NCBI GenBank assembly: GCA_963708305.1
Contig: CAVPSH010000001.1
Span: 864,191-928,190 of the forward strand
Direction of reading: 5' to 3'
Source of the DNA: an uncultured bacterium
GTDB taxonomy: Bacteria; Verrucomicrobiota; Verrucomicrobiia; Limisphaerales; UBA11358
Length of the DNA: 64,000 nucleotides
The notes beneath the pieces were generated by a model, which saw nothing but the letters and a program-made list of their open reading frames with translations, had not been told where the DNA came from and searched no databases. The position numbers and the translations under genes were made by a program. Of the stretch, positions 26,969 through 37,750 are shown one piece after another; position 1 is the first letter of the stretch, and each line of letters opens with the position of its first letter.

Positions 26969-29605
26969 CTAATAACTCAGACTGTGAATGACCACCGTTG
27001 CGCTACCCAGACCGTCCGCTTGCGCCTGAACCGTGATTTTTCCCGGTTCGCCGGCTTTCCCGCGGAGGATCGCCAGACAAAGTCCGTTGAAGGCATTTCG
27101 CTCCTTTGATTGAAAGGATACGTGGCTGGTCGGGTCGCCGTTGCCGGTGGCCATAATTTCGCCGGGTCCTTCAATGCTGAATCGGATGGGGTTCATTGCG
27201 CGCGGCATCACCAAACCGTTTTTGTCTTCGATCGTGAGGGTAATAAACGATAAATCCTTTCCATCGGCGTGAATCTTCGCGCGGTCGGCTTTCAATGCCA
27301 GTTTGATCGCCGGGCCGGTGGTTTTTACGATATCCGTCGCCCATTTTTTGCCGTTCCGGCAGGCGATGACTTTGAGCGTGCCCGGTTCATAGACCACGTT
27401 GTCCCAGCGGAGCCGATACTCGTATCGGCCTTTTTGCTTTCGTCCCAGCGATTTGCCGTTGAGAAACAGCTCGGCTTCATCGCCGGAAGTATACACTTCC
27501 ACCGGCGTGGTTTTTCCAGCGCGATCCGGCCAGTCCCAGTCCTGGGGCACGAGGTGCGCCATCGGGAAATCCGGCTGCCAGCGTGATTGATAGAGATAGA
27601 ATCGGTCCTTTTTGAATCCGCAGAGGTCGAAGATACCGAAATACGAACTGCGCGACGGCACGGCGATTTTCCCGCCGGCCTGGAGCACCGCGTCCCATTT
27701 GGCTTGAATTGCGGGGTCGGTGAAAAGCAGCCGGTTGGTGGTGTCGTGGTCGTAAGGCGTTGGCTCGCCCAGATAATCAAAACCGCTCCAGACAAATTCG
27801 CCGGCTACGAACGGATTCTGATCCTGGGCCTTGAACTCCTCATCCGGCGGGTAACCCCACGGCGGTGCCGCCAGGTCATAGGAGGTCACCTGAAAATCGG
27901 CGCGACCCAGTTTCTGGTTATCGCTGACCGGAAAGAAATACTCACCGCGCGAACTGACACAGGAAACGGTTTCACTGCCAATCAGCGGCAGGCCTGGGTT
28001 GTTGGTCCGGAATTCAGCGTAATCCAGCGGCTTGTAGTTGAAACCGAAGACATCCACGACCTTTTGAAACCCGTTCGTGCTGGCGGCAACCGTATGGAGC
28101 GCCATGGTGACCGGGCGCGTTGGATCCTCAGCGTGTACGATGCCGGCGAGTTGTTGACCGGGTTTCCAGCCATCGGCGTCGTGCTGCTCGTAAACCTCGT
28201 TGCCGATGCTCCAGAGGATTATGCAGGGATGATTGCGATCACGGCGGATGAAAGCGCGCAGGTCTTTCTCATGCCATTCAGGAAAGAGCAGATGATAATC
28301 CCCTGGCCGTTTGGCGAGCGCCCAGCAGTCGAAGGCTTCGTCCATCACCAGAAAACCCATGCGGTCGCACAGATCGAGCAGTTCCGGCTCCGGTGGATTA
28401 TGGCTGGTGCGGATGGCGTTGCAGCCCATTTCCCGCAGCAACTCAAGTTGGCGTTGGCGCGCGCGCAGGTTGAAGGCCGTACCGAGCGGGCCCAGGTCGC
28501 TGTGCAGACACACGCCGTGGATTTTGACGTGCTTCCCGTTCAGCAGAAAACCATTGGTTGCGGTGAACTGAATCGTGCGGATGCCAAAGAGTGTTTCATA
28601 CCGGTCCAGGAGTTTGCCGGCCTGCTCCAATGAGGTAACCACAACGTACCGCCGGGGATCGTTGATGCTCCAGAGCTTTGGCTCTTTCACGACGATTTGT
28701 GCCGCACAGGTGCTGGTCTCGTGCGCCGCCAGACTCATCTCATCGGCGGCAAGGGACGCGATGGATTTTCCTTTCCGGCCATCACCCGTGAGTTCATAAA
28801 TTTCGTTTTTTACCGACACCATGGCCGGATCGCCGGTTTCATTGACCACGTCCACTTGAATGTTCACGGTTGCCGCTGACGGGCTGACCTTGGGCGTGGT
28901 GACAGAGGTGCCCCAGTGGCTGACATGGACCGGTCCGGTCTTTACCAGCCAGACGTTGCGGTAAATGCCGGCGCCCGGATACCAGCGCGAGGCCTCCGGC
29001 GGCGTATCGAGCCGGATGGCGAGAACATTTTCGCCGCCAAACCGGATAAACGGCGTCAAATCGAGTCCGAACGAGGTGTAACCGTACGGCCAGCCGCCGA
29101 CGAATTGGCCGTTCAACCAGACTTCCGAGCAGGACATGGCCCCATCCATATCGAGAAAGATTTCCCTGCCCGAATCCGCTGCCGATATATCAAAATGCTT
29201 TCGATACCAGACCGGCCCCCAGTATTTCAGCTTGGCCGTTTCGCCGGCGTATGTCTGCTTGAACGGCCCTGCAATCGCCCAGTCGTGGGGCAGGTTTACT
29301 GACTGCCAGCCGTGGTCATCAAAACCAGGCTGGATGCAGGCGACATCAGCGCCGGGATTCCCTGGCGGTCTGGCGGCGGGCGGATTGGTGGTGAATTCGG
29401 CGCCGGTGGCGACAATCCACGGTTTGAGACCGGGGTAGCTCAATTCATCCCCGATGCCGGCGGGGTCCCCTTTGGTGAAGTGCCAGTGATCATTCAACGC
29501 GATTCGTTCGCGCGGCGGGGAATCAGCCTCAGCCGGGCAAGGTCCCAAAAGCCCGAGCAGAATCAAAATGCCGAGGCTTGTTTGGGCCGGACGAAATCCT
29601 GACAT
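26969..29605 (-). CDS. GH2 family glycoside hydrolase (beta-galactosidase/glucuronidase-like), secreted
   Basis: The ATG at 29605 gives the signal peptide MSGFRPAQTSLGILILLGLLG. NAIRTSHNPPEPELLDLCDRMGFLVMDEAF and WSIGNE are GH2 motifs. The ORF extension to 29773 runs through a repeat element. Confidence 0.85.
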   Translation of the reverse strand: MSGFRPAQTSLGILILLGLLGPCPAEADSPPRERIALNDHWHFTKGDPAGIGDELSYPGLKPWIVATGAEFTTNPPAARPPGNPGADVACIQPGFDDHGWQSVNLPHDWAIAGPFKQTYAGETAKLKYWGPVWYRKHFDISAADSGREIFLDMDGAMSCSEVWLNGQFVGGWPYGYTSFGLDLTPFIRFGGENVLAIRLDTPPEASRWYPGAGIYRNVWLVKTGPVHVSHWGTSVTTPKVSPSAATVNIQVDVVNETGDPAMVSVKNEIYELTGDGRKGKSIASLAADEMSLAAHETSTCAAQIVVKEPKLWSINDPRRYVVVTSLEQAGKLLDRYETLFGIRTIQFTATNGFLLNGKHVKIHGVCLHSDLGPLGTAFNLRARQRQLELLREMGCNAIRTSHNPPEPELLDLCDRMGFLVMDEAFDCWALAKRPGDYHLLFPEWHEKDLRAFIRRDRNHPCIILWSIGNEVYEQHDADGWKPGQQLAGIVHAEDPTRPVTMALHTVAASTNGFQKVVDVFGFNYKPLDYAEFRTNNPGLPLIGSETVSCVSSRGEYFFPVSDNQKLGRADFQVTSYDLAAPPWGYPPDEEFKAQDQNPFVAGEFVWSGFDYLGEPTPYDHDTTNRLLFTDPAIQAKWDAVLQAGGKIAVPSRSSYFGIFDLCGFKKDRFYLYQSRWQPDFPMAHLVPQDWDWPDRAGKTTPVEVYTSGDEAELFLNGKSLGRKQKGRYEYRLRWDNVVYEPGTLKVIACRNGKKWATDIVKTTGPAIKLALKADRAKIHADGKDLSFITLTIEDKNGLVMPRAMNPIRFSIEGPGEIMATGNGDPTSHVSFQSKERNAFNGLCLAILRGKAGEPGKITVQAQADGLGSATVVIHSLSY

Positions 29606-29661
29606 GCCCCCCAGCGTAATCGGGCGCTCGCGCCGGGGCAAACCAGTTCGGTTTTTGGCAG

Positions 29662-29770
29662 TGTCCTGATTTGAAATTCCTGGAGCGCGGCTGCGCGCAG
29701 CGTCAGCCGCAGTGCGTCGAAAATGCTGCGGCTGATCTTTAATACAGCCGCGCTCCGCCAAATCAGGACA
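29662..29770. repeat. about 110-bp palindromic MITE-like element, copy 2
   Basis: Same terminal inverted repeats and internal sequence as 7541..7651. It sits in the divergent GH2/GH29 intergenic region. Confidence 0.8.
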
Positions 29771-29876
29771 CAAACCGGTTTTTTGAACGGTTTGTTCAAA
29801 ACGATGGCGGAGATGGTCAGAATGATTGGACGAAAATTTGTTGAAATGTTAACAATGGGAATCTTTCACTTAACCA

Positions 29877-31454
29877 ATGAAAGCCGCCGGCTCCATGACC
29901 CGCCGTAACGCCCTCAAACTGCTGGGCGGCGCGTTGTCTGGCCTGGCTTTCACCCGCTCGTGGGGCGCAGATCCGACCCCGGCGGGGAAAACCTCAGGAA
30001 CCGTTCCCGGACCTTTCACTGGTTCCCGCGGGTCATTGGGTGCTTATCGCTGCCCGGAGTGGTTCCGCGACGCCAAGTTCGGGATCTGGGCGCATTGGGG
30101 ACCGCAATCGGCGCCCGAGGATGGCGATTGGTATGCGCGCAATCTTTATCTCCAGGGCTCCAAACAATATCATGACCACCTGGAACGCTATGGCCATCCG
30201 ACCAAATTTGGTTACAAGGACATCATTCCCACCTGGAAGGGCGAGCAGTTCGATCCTGAGCATCTGGTCGGTCTCTATAAAAAAGCTGGCGCGAAATATT
30301 TCATGAGCATGGGGGTGCATGTGGACAATTTCGACATGTGGAACTCGAACTATCAGCGATGGAACGCGGCCAAAATGGGAATCAAGCGGGACGTGGTTGG
30401 ATTGTTCCGTCAGGCGGCACAGAAACACGGCCTCAGGTTCGGCGTGAGCGATCATTTGTGGATGGCGTACAAATGGATGTCCGTCGCGCACGCCAGCGAC
30501 CTGACCGGCCCGCTCGCCGGGGTGCCTTACGATGGCATCGATCCGCAAAGGAATGATCTTTACGGCGGTTGCCCGGAAATCTACCGCAAATTGCCATGGG
30601 ACGAGGACGGCATTCCGGATTCGTGGAAACGCGAATGGTTCCGGCGCATCCAGGACCTCGTGGACCAATACCAGCCGGACGTGCTTTATTGCGACGGCCA
30701 AATTCCTTTTGAACAATGGGGCCTGGACCTCGTCGCCCATTTTTACAACCAAAACCTCAGTTTACATGGCGGCCAACTGGAGGCCGTTTATACCAGCAAA
30801 CGTCTGTCGGATTCCGCCGCCGGCCTGTGTGTGTTTGACAAGGAACGTGGCGTGGTGGATGGCATCTGGCCGCAACCGTGGCAGACGGAAACCTGCATCG
30901 GCCAATGGCATTACGACCGCAACGTGCAATACAAAACGCCCAAGCGCGTCATTGACATGCTGGTGGATGTGGTCAGCCGCAACGGCAACTTCCTGCTGAA
31001 TTTCCCCCTTAACACTCACGGCGTCCTCGATGACCGGGAACAAAAAATCCTCGCCGCTATCACCACCTGGATGGGCATTAACGGTGACGCGATTTACGGA
31101 ACGCGGCCGTGGAAGACCTTCGGCGAAGGCCCGAACATGGTGAAACCCGAACCGGGCCAGAAATACAACGAAACCAACCGGAAAGATTTTACCTTCGAGG
31201 ACGTGCGATTCACGACCAAAGACAAAACCCTGTATGCGTTTTTCATGGGTTGGCCGGAACCACCGCGGTTGACCATCGCGGCGCTGGCCACGAGCCGCTC
31301 GTATGTCGCCGGACGGATCCAGCAGGTTAAACTGCTGGGCAGCGGCAAAAAATTGTCGTGGAAACACGATGTCACCGGACTCACCGTTGAGTTGCCGCCC
31401 GACAAACCCTGCGACTACGGCTGTGCGCTGGAAATCGAGGGACTGGAAACGTGA
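29877..31454 (+). CDS. GH29 alpha-L-fucosidase, TAT/Sec signal
   Basis: MTRRNALKLLGG is followed by FGIWAHWGPQS and ...KYFMSMGVHVDNFDMWNS, typical of GH29. Confidence 0.9.
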   Translation: MKAAGSMTRRNALKLLGGALSGLAFTRSWGADPTPAGKTSGTVPGPFTGSRGSLGAYRCPEWFRDAKFGIWAHWGPQSAPEDGDWYARNLYLQGSKQYHDHLERYGHPTKFGYKDIIPTWKGEQFDPEHLVGLYKKAGAKYFMSMGVHVDNFDMWNSNYQRWNAAKMGIKRDVVGLFRQAAQKHGLRFGVSDHLWMAYKWMSVAHASDLTGPLAGVPYDGIDPQRNDLYGGCPEIYRKLPWDEDGIPDSWKREWFRRIQDLVDQYQPDVLYCDGQIPFEQWGLDLVAHFYNQNLSLHGGQLEAVYTSKRLSDSAAGLCVFDKERGVVDGIWPQPWQTETCIGQWHYDRNVQYKTPKRVIDMLVDVVSRNGNFLLNFPLNTHGVLDDREQKILAAITTWMGINGDAIYGTRPWKTFGEGPNMVKPEPGQKYNETNRKDFTFEDVRFTTKDKTLYAFFMGWPEPPRLTIAALATSRSYVAGRIQQVKLLGSGKKLSWKHDVTGLTVELPPDKPCDYGCALEIEGLET

Positions 31455-31480
31455 CTGAAGAAGTGCGCATCATGTAATCC

Positions 31481-33427
31481 TTGGAATTGCGCGGGAGTTA
31501 CTCGAAAACCGTGAATAAAATTGTCTGCATCCTGATTTTGTCAGGCTGGTTCCTTTCACCGGCTGCCGCGGCGGAATTTTGGGTTTCACCCTCGGGCAAC
31601 GACGGGAATCCGGGTACGCAAGCACAGCCGTTTGCGTCCGTTGCCACCGCCCTACGGGAGGCGCGCAAACTTCGGCGGCTGGGAAAAGCAGCCGCCAACG
31701 AACCGTTGCATATTATTCTGCGCGATGGGGTCTATCCGCAAACCAGTCCACTGTTGTTGCGCTCGGCGGATTCGGGAACTGAAACCAGTCCGACCGTTAT
31801 TGAGGCGGCGCCCGGAGAACAGCCCGTGTTGAGCGGCGGTGTCGAAATCACCGGCTGGAAACCGTCGGGCGAAGAAATTCCTGGTTTACCCAAGGCGGCC
31901 CAGGGAAATGTTTGGATGGCTGACGCACCCACTGTCGATGGACGAATACTGGAATTTCGCCAGCTTTGGGTGAATGGCCGGAAAGCCATTCGCGCCCGCG
32001 AACCAAACGACGGCGGGCTGGCGCGCCTCGTCGCCTGGGACAAAACCAATCAGCAAGCGTGGATTTCCGCCGGGAGCGCCGGCATCCTGGCCGGCGAGTT
32101 GCGAAACGGGAAGTTTGCCGGCAAGATGCCGGCGCTCCCGGGACACCTCGAAATGGTGATTGATCAGGTTTGGGAAACCGCGGTGCTCCGCGTGAAAACT
32201 CTGCGTGTGGAGGGTGACCAGGCTTGTCTCACCTTCCAGCAACCCGAGAGCAAACTTGAATTCGAGCATCCCTGGCCGCCGGTGATGGTCAATACCAACT
32301 ATCAAGCCCCATTTTTTTTGGCCAATGCGATTGAGTTTCTGGATCAACCAGGCGAGTGGTTTGAGGACACCTCGGGCCGGAAAGTTTATTATTGGCCGAA
32401 GCCGGGCGAAGACCTGAGCCGGGCGAGCGTCGTCGCGCCGGCGCTGGAAACCCTCGTGCAGGTCACGGGTTCACTGGATGAGCCGGTGGCGAACGTGCAT
32501 TTCAAAGGCATCACGTTTGAATATGCCACGTGGTTGCGGCCATCCGAAGCCGGCGATGTGCCACTTCAGGCCGGAATGTATTTTCTGGACGCCTACCGGC
32601 TGAAACCAAAAGGAACGGTGTACCATCCCGGGCTCGACAATCAGGCCTGGATCGGCCGGCCACCGGCAGGCGTGTCGGTGAAAAACGCGAATCACATTGA
32701 GTTTGAGCGTTGCCGGTTTGAACACATGGCCGCGGCCGGTCTGGATTTCCAGTCCGGCACGCACGACGACCTGATCCAGGGCTGTGTGTTCCGCGATCTT
32801 GGCGGCAACGGCATTCAGGTGGGCAAATTCTCCGATGCCGGCGTGGAAACGCACGTTCCGTATAATCCAAAGGATGAGCGGGTCATCTGCACGCGCGAGA
32901 AAATCCGCGACAATCTGGTGACCGATTGCGGGACCGAGGATTGGGGAAGTGTCGGCATCTGCGCCGGGTACGGTCGGGAAATTGCCATCGAACACAATGA
33001 AGTCTGCAACCTGCCCTACACGGGCATCAGCGTCGGCTGGGGCTGGAACAAAGCGGCCAATTGCATGAAAGACAACCGGATCGTCGCCAATCACGTCCAC
33101 AATGTCGCCACACGCCTGGGCGACACAGGCGGTATTTACACGCTTTCGCCGCAGCCGGGCACAATCATCCGCGACAATTGCATCAGCGACATTCAGATGA
33201 GCCAATACGTTCCCGATCCCGACCACTGGTTTTACCTTTATCTCGACGAAGGTTCGTCGTTCATCACGGTCCGCGACAATTGGTGTCCGGCGGAAAAATT
33301 CAAGAAAAACGCCAACGGCCCGGGCAACCACTGGGAAAATAACGGGCCTATGGTTTCGCTAAAAATCAAAGATGCAGCCGGACTGGAGCCGGCCTTCCGG
33401 GATTTGATTCCGAAATCGACAAATTGA
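31481..33427 (+). CDS. right-handed parallel beta-helix repeat protein (putative glycoside hydrolase or lyase), secreted
   Basis: FWVSPSGNDGNPGTQAQPFASVATAL is typical of pectate-lyase-fold N-termini, and later segments are repeated beta-helix coils. The start codon is uncertain; a GTG near 31511 is possible. Confidence 0.7.
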   Translation: MELRGSYSKTVNKIVCILILSGWFLSPAAAAEFWVSPSGNDGNPGTQAQPFASVATALREARKLRRLGKAAANEPLHIILRDGVYPQTSPLLLRSADSGTETSPTVIEAAPGEQPVLSGGVEITGWKPSGEEIPGLPKAAQGNVWMADAPTVDGRILEFRQLWVNGRKAIRAREPNDGGLARLVAWDKTNQQAWISAGSAGILAGELRNGKFAGKMPALPGHLEMVIDQVWETAVLRVKTLRVEGDQACLTFQQPESKLEFEHPWPPVMVNTNYQAPFFLANAIEFLDQPGEWFEDTSGRKVYYWPKPGEDLSRASVVAPALETLVQVTGSLDEPVANVHFKGITFEYATWLRPSEAGDVPLQAGMYFLDAYRLKPKGTVYHPGLDNQAWIGRPPAGVSVKNANHIEFERCRFEHMAAAGLDFQSGTHDDLIQGCVFRDLGGNGIQVGKFSDAGVETHVPYNPKDERVICTREKIRDNLVTDCGTEDWGSVGICAGYGREIAIEHNEVCNLPYTGISVGWGWNKAANCMKDNRIVANHVHNVATRLGDTGGIYTLSPQPGTIIRDNCISDIQMSQYVPDPDHWFYLYLDEGSSFITVRDNWCPAEKFKKNANGPGNHWENNGPMVSLKIKDAAGLEPAFRDLIPKSTN

Positions 33428-33440
33428 AAATGAGGGTTGA

Positions 33441-33519
33441 GTCCTAAATTCGCTCGGAGTTCCGCCTTCAGGCGGCTTGGTACCGCGTAAACGCGGAACT
33501 CCAAAGCCTAAATTAGGAC
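33441..33519. repeat. palindromic intergenic element
   Basis: Outer arms gtcctaaatt / aaattaggac and perfect inner arms ggagttccgc (33456-65) / gcggaactcc (33492-501). A second hairpin, gggacatcgcggtgcgatgtccc, lies at 33637-33659. Confidence 0.65.
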
Positions 33520-33528
33520 GCTACCAAA

Positions 33529-36438
33529 ATGAGAATCACTTTGATCGGATCATCCATAAATCTGGTAGGAACGGCGCGCTGCGCCGTCCGCGCCGCGTTC
33601 AGCGGCGCCAAAGTTCCGCCTGCCGCCGCGCTGACAGGGACATCGCGGTGCGATGTCCCTACCCGAATCCCCTTCACAGTAAAAGGCCGTCGGCTGCCAA
33701 ACGTTTTGTTGCTGGCTTTGGTGCTGTCATTTCCTCAGCCCGCACTGTGCGGCGCTGAACTGACGCCCGCGCACTTGCGCTGCGAATATGCGGCCAATCC
33801 GCTGGGTGTGGATGTGCCGCACCCACGCCTGTTTTGGGTGGATAAAAGCAGCGAGCGTGGCCAAAACCAGTCGGGTTACGAAATTCTCGTCGCCTCCTCG
33901 GCGAATAAATTGGCAAAAGACCAGGGCGATTTGTGGGACAGCGGGAAGGTTGATTCGGATGAGACGATTCAGATTCCCTACGGGGGCCGGCCGCTGACAT
34001 CGTCACAGCCGGTTTTCTGGAAAGTCCGCGTGTGGAGCAACGCGGGCAAGGTGTCCGATTGGAGCAGGCCGGCCACCTGGACGATGGGATTGCTCAGTGC
34101 GGATGACCCGTCTTCGCCAAGCGGCTCCGACGCGGCGAGCTGGCAGGCCCAATGGATTGCCGCGCCGACGAACAGCGAATCCTTGTTGTTGCGTCATGAT
34201 TTCGCCGTCAAGCCGGGCCTCAAACGCGCCGTCGTCTTTGTTTGCGGCCTCGGCCAGTATGAAATGTCGCTCAATGGAGAAAAGGCGGGCGACGATTTCC
34301 TCTCACCCGGCTGGAGCGATTATCGGAAGACCTGCCTTTACGATACGCGCGACATCACGTCGTTCCTGCATAAAGGTAACAACGCCGTTGGCCTCTTTCT
34401 CGGCAACGGCATGTATAACGTCGAGCGGGTCCCGGACCGGTTCACCAAATTTAAAGGCTCGTTCGGTCCGCTTAAGGCCATCGCCCAGATTCAACTTGAA
34501 TACGCCGACGGGACGGTCCAGGTCGTCGGCACGGACGATCACTGGCGCGCAACGCCCGGTCCCATCACCTTTTCTTCGATCTATGGCGGCGAAGATTTTG
34601 ATGCGCGCCTGGTTCAATCGGGCTGGGACGGGCCGGGCTTCGACGATTCCAAATGGCAGACGGCACAGGTGGTTGAAGGTCCGGGTGGTGAACTCAAAGG
34701 GCTTTCCTGCGCCGCGCCACCGATTGGCGAGTTCCAAATTCACCGTCCGGTGTCAGCCCACAAACTGGCGGATGGCGACGTGGTCTATGATCTCGGCCAG
34801 AACGCTGCCCATGTGCTGAAAATTTCCGTGACCGGCCCGGCGGGCAGCCGCGTGCAGCTTTTCCCCGCTGAACTGACCAATACCGACGGTTCAGTCAACC
34901 AGGGTTCCATGGGTGGCGGGCACCGGGGCCGAGTCTGGTGCGAATATACCAAGGGAACGGACAACCGCGAAACCTGGGCGACCCGATTTTTTTACGTCGG
35001 CTGCCGTTATGTGCAGGCGCACTTTATTCCGGCGGGTTCTGGCGGCAAATTGCCTGCATTGAAAAGCATCGAAGGAATCGTCGTTCATTCCGCGTCGCCG
35101 CCGGTGGGCCAATTTGAATGCTCGAACCCATTGTTCAATCGCATCGCTGAACTGGTTCGCTGGGCGCAACAGAACAACATGGTCAGCCTGCTCACCGACT
35201 GTCCGCATCGTGAGCGGCTCGGCTGGCTGGAGCAGGACCATTTGAACGGTCCGGCTTTGCGCTATGACTTCGACCTCTCGCGATTATTTACCAAGACATT
35301 GAACGACATCTCCGATTCCCAACTGCCCGACGGCCTGGTGCCGACCACGGCCCCGGAATACACGGAGTTCAAGGGCGATTTCCGCGATGCGCCGGCCTGG
35401 GGCAGTTCCAGCATCCTCGTGCCGTGGCAACAATATGAATTCGATGGCGACGTGGAAATGTTGCGTCGGAATTATGAGGTGATGAAGAAATACGTGGCCT
35501 ATCTGGGCGCCACCGCGACCAATGACATTGTCAATCATGGCCTGGGCGACTGGTATGATCTTGGTCCCAAACCGCCGGGCTTTTCGCAATTGACGCCGGT
35601 GGCGCTGGTGGCGACCGCGTTTTATTACAACGACACACACATTCTCGCCCGGGTGGCGGCGTTGCTGGGCAAAACCGACGCGGCGAATCAATTCGAGGCC
35701 AAAGCCGGACAGATCCGCGACGCGTTCAACCAAACGTTTTTCAATCCGGCCAACCGCAATTATGCCACCGGTTCACAAACCGCCAATGCCATCCCGCTCG
35801 TGATGGGGATCGTTGACGAAACCAACCGCGCGTCCGTGCTGGACGCCATCGTGCGCGACGTTCGCGCGCATGGTGACGCGCTCACCGCCGGAGACGTCGG
35901 CTATCGCTACCTGCTCCGCGCGTTGACCGACGGCGGGCGTTCCGACGTGATTTTTGCCATGAACAATCAGACGAACAAGCCGGGTTATGGTTATCAACTG
36001 GCCAGAGGCGCCACCAGCCTGACCGAAGGCTGGGACGGATCTCACTCGCAAGATCATTTCATGCTCGGCCAGATTCAGGAATGGTTTTATCATGACCTCG
36101 CCGGCATCGGTTGCGATCCAGCCGGGCCGGGATTCAAGAAGATCATCATCCACCCGCAGCCGGTCGGCGATATCAGCTGGGTCAAAGCCAGTTACAAATC
36201 CATCCGAGGCAAGATTGTCAGCGACTGGAAAATCCGCGACAACAAATTCACTTTGCGCGTGAAGATTCCAGCGAACACGACCGCCACGATCTATCTTCCG
36301 GCAAAATCAGCGGAGTCGGTCACGGAAAACGGCCGGCGCGCAGCGCAAGCCGACGGCGTGAAATTCCTGCGGATGGCCGACGGTTGCGCTGTTTTCACCG
36401 TGGACTCAGGCCGGTACGAGTTTGAGTCAAAGTTATGA
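33529..36438 (+). CDS. GH78 alpha-L-rhamnosidase
   Basis: LRCEYAANPLGVDVPHPRLFW...GYEILVASS and DCPHRERLGWLEQD are GH78 signatures. The first ~50 codons of the ORF are translated repeat DNA, so the true start is probably 150-180 nt downstream. Confidence 0.85.
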   Translation: MRITLIGSSINLVGTARCAVRAAFSGAKVPPAAALTGTSRCDVPTRIPFTVKGRRLPNVLLLALVLSFPQPALCGAELTPAHLRCEYAANPLGVDVPHPRLFWVDKSSERGQNQSGYEILVASSANKLAKDQGDLWDSGKVDSDETIQIPYGGRPLTSSQPVFWKVRVWSNAGKVSDWSRPATWTMGLLSADDPSSPSGSDAASWQAQWIAAPTNSESLLLRHDFAVKPGLKRAVVFVCGLGQYEMSLNGEKAGDDFLSPGWSDYRKTCLYDTRDITSFLHKGNNAVGLFLGNGMYNVERVPDRFTKFKGSFGPLKAIAQIQLEYADGTVQVVGTDDHWRATPGPITFSSIYGGEDFDARLVQSGWDGPGFDDSKWQTAQVVEGPGGELKGLSCAAPPIGEFQIHRPVSAHKLADGDVVYDLGQNAAHVLKISVTGPAGSRVQLFPAELTNTDGSVNQGSMGGGHRGRVWCEYTKGTDNRETWATRFFYVGCRYVQAHFIPAGSGGKLPALKSIEGIVVHSASPPVGQFECSNPLFNRIAELVRWAQQNNMVSLLTDCPHRERLGWLEQDHLNGPALRYDFDLSRLFTKTLNDISDSQLPDGLVPTTAPEYTEFKGDFRDAPAWGSSSILVPWQQYEFDGDVEMLRRNYEVMKKYVAYLGATATNDIVNHGLGDWYDLGPKPPGFSQLTPVALVATAFYYNDTHILARVAALLGKTDAANQFEAKAGQIRDAFNQTFFNPANRNYATGSQTANAIPLVMGIVDETNRASVLDAIVRDVRAHGDALTAGDVGYRYLLRALTDGGRSDVIFAMNNQTNKPGYGYQLARGATSLTEGWDGSHSQDHFMLGQIQEWFYHDLAGIGCDPAGPGFKKIIIHPQPVGDISWVKASYKSIRGKIVSDWKIRDNKFTLRVKIPANTTATIYLPAKSAESVTENGRRAAQADGVKFLRMADGCAVFTVDSGRYEFESKL

Positions 36439-36469
36439 ATTCCGGCTTCCAAACATTGTGAAGCCTGAA

Positions 36470-37741
36470 TTAATTCAATCCCGTAACCTGTGCGTCATAG
36501 GTGATCAGCGGCTTTCCTTGCTGAACCGTGATTTTGGAATTCTCAAATCGAATGCCGCGGGCGTGATAAATTTTCAAACCCGTCTCCGCCGAGAGGTTCA
36601 CATTCGACAGTGTCATGCCGTCAATGGGCATTTCCGGCAGGCCGCGAATGGTGCCGGCAGTCGGACAATCCGTCGCCGTGACGTTGCGGATGGTGATGTT
36701 CTTGTTGATGGGCGTCCGCCCCGTCACCGGCTCCGGCTTTTCGGTGGCCGGGTCCTTGGGCGCAGTCCGTTCGGGATAAAAATCAATGATGTAAATCGGG
36801 TTTTTGACCGCGGTCATTTTGAGATTTTCATAGGTGAGGTTTTGCAACAGTCCGCCGCGGTCACGACCGCTCTTGATGCGAATGCCCGAATCGGTCTGGT
36901 CAAACGTGCAATCCTTCACCGTCACATCCTCAATTCCGCCGACAGTGCCCGAGCCGATGGAACAACCATGTCCGTGCCCGAACGCGCAATCCTGGATCAG
37001 GTAATTTTTATTTCCCGGCGTACGCACGGCGGTGGGTTTGATGGCGATGTCGTCGTCGCCCGTGTCAATCGCGCAGCCGGTGATGAGAAAATTCCAGCCC
37101 GAGGGATCGATGCCATCGGTGTTGGGCGATTTGGCAGGTGCCTGAATGTGAAGGTTCCGGATGGTCACGTCGGTGCAATTTTGCGGGACCAGATGAAACA
37201 TGGGTGAATTTCTCAGCGTCACACCGGTAACGAGCACGCGCGTGCAATTGGCAATCTTGATCAGATAAGGCCGATGCGTCATCGCCGGGCTGATGCGAAA
37301 CGCAGCCCACCAGACCGCGCCCTGACCGTCAATGGCTCCGTCGCCGCTGATCTCGATATCCTGCGCATCCGAAACTGTGATGCTGTCCTGGCGGCGGCCA
37401 GCGGTAACCGGATAATGTGCCATGTCGTCGTTGATCAGAATCACCGCGCCAGGGTCCAGATGCAGATTAATGCGGCTGGCAAGCGTGAAGGGACGGGTCA
37501 GAAATTTTCCCGTTGGCACTCGCACGATGCCGCCGCCGGCCGCTGCGGCTGCGTCAATGGCTTTTTGAATCGCGGCGGTGTCCATGGTCTTGCCATCACC
37601 AATGGCCCCATAATGGGCGATGTCGAAGGTAGCGCCAGGGATGACCGGCAGGGGCGGTGCTTCCGTCGGGGCGCCCGAAGCAGGAGTGGAAAGAAGGCCG
37701 GTCAGGAGAAAGCTGGTTAAGAGCAAGTACTTTGTGTTCAT
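36470..37741 (-). CDS. GH28 polygalacturonase-family glycoside hydrolase, secreted
   Basis: NTDGIDP, TGDDDIAIK, GHGHGCSIGS and GIRIKS are the four GH28 signature blocks. A signal peptide is present. Confidence 0.9.
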   Translation of the reverse strand: MNTKYLLLTSFLLTGLLSTPASGAPTEAPPLPVIPGATFDIAHYGAIGDGKTMDTAAIQKAIDAAAAAGGGIVRVPTGKFLTRPFTLASRINLHLDPGAVILINDDMAHYPVTAGRRQDSITVSDAQDIEISGDGAIDGQGAVWWAAFRISPAMTHRPYLIKIANCTRVLVTGVTLRNSPMFHLVPQNCTDVTIRNLHIQAPAKSPNTDGIDPSGWNFLITGCAIDTGDDDIAIKPTAVRTPGNKNYLIQDCAFGHGHGCSIGSGTVGGIEDVTVKDCTFDQTDSGIRIKSGRDRGGLLQNLTYENLKMTAVKNPIYIIDFYPERTAPKDPATEKPEPVTGRTPINKNITIRNVTATDCPTAGTIRGLPEMPIDGMTLSNVNLSAETGLKIYHARGIRFENSKITVQQGKPLITYDAQVTGLN

Positions 37742-37750
37742 GTGACAGGA

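Noticed and set aside
29606-29773. N-terminal extension of the GH2 ORF (and similar extensions at 23373..23651, 42208..42270 and 33529..~33700)
   Set aside because: The extensions translate palindromic repeat elements or overlap neighbouring genes. Good signal peptides or family N-termini begin at the internal starts.
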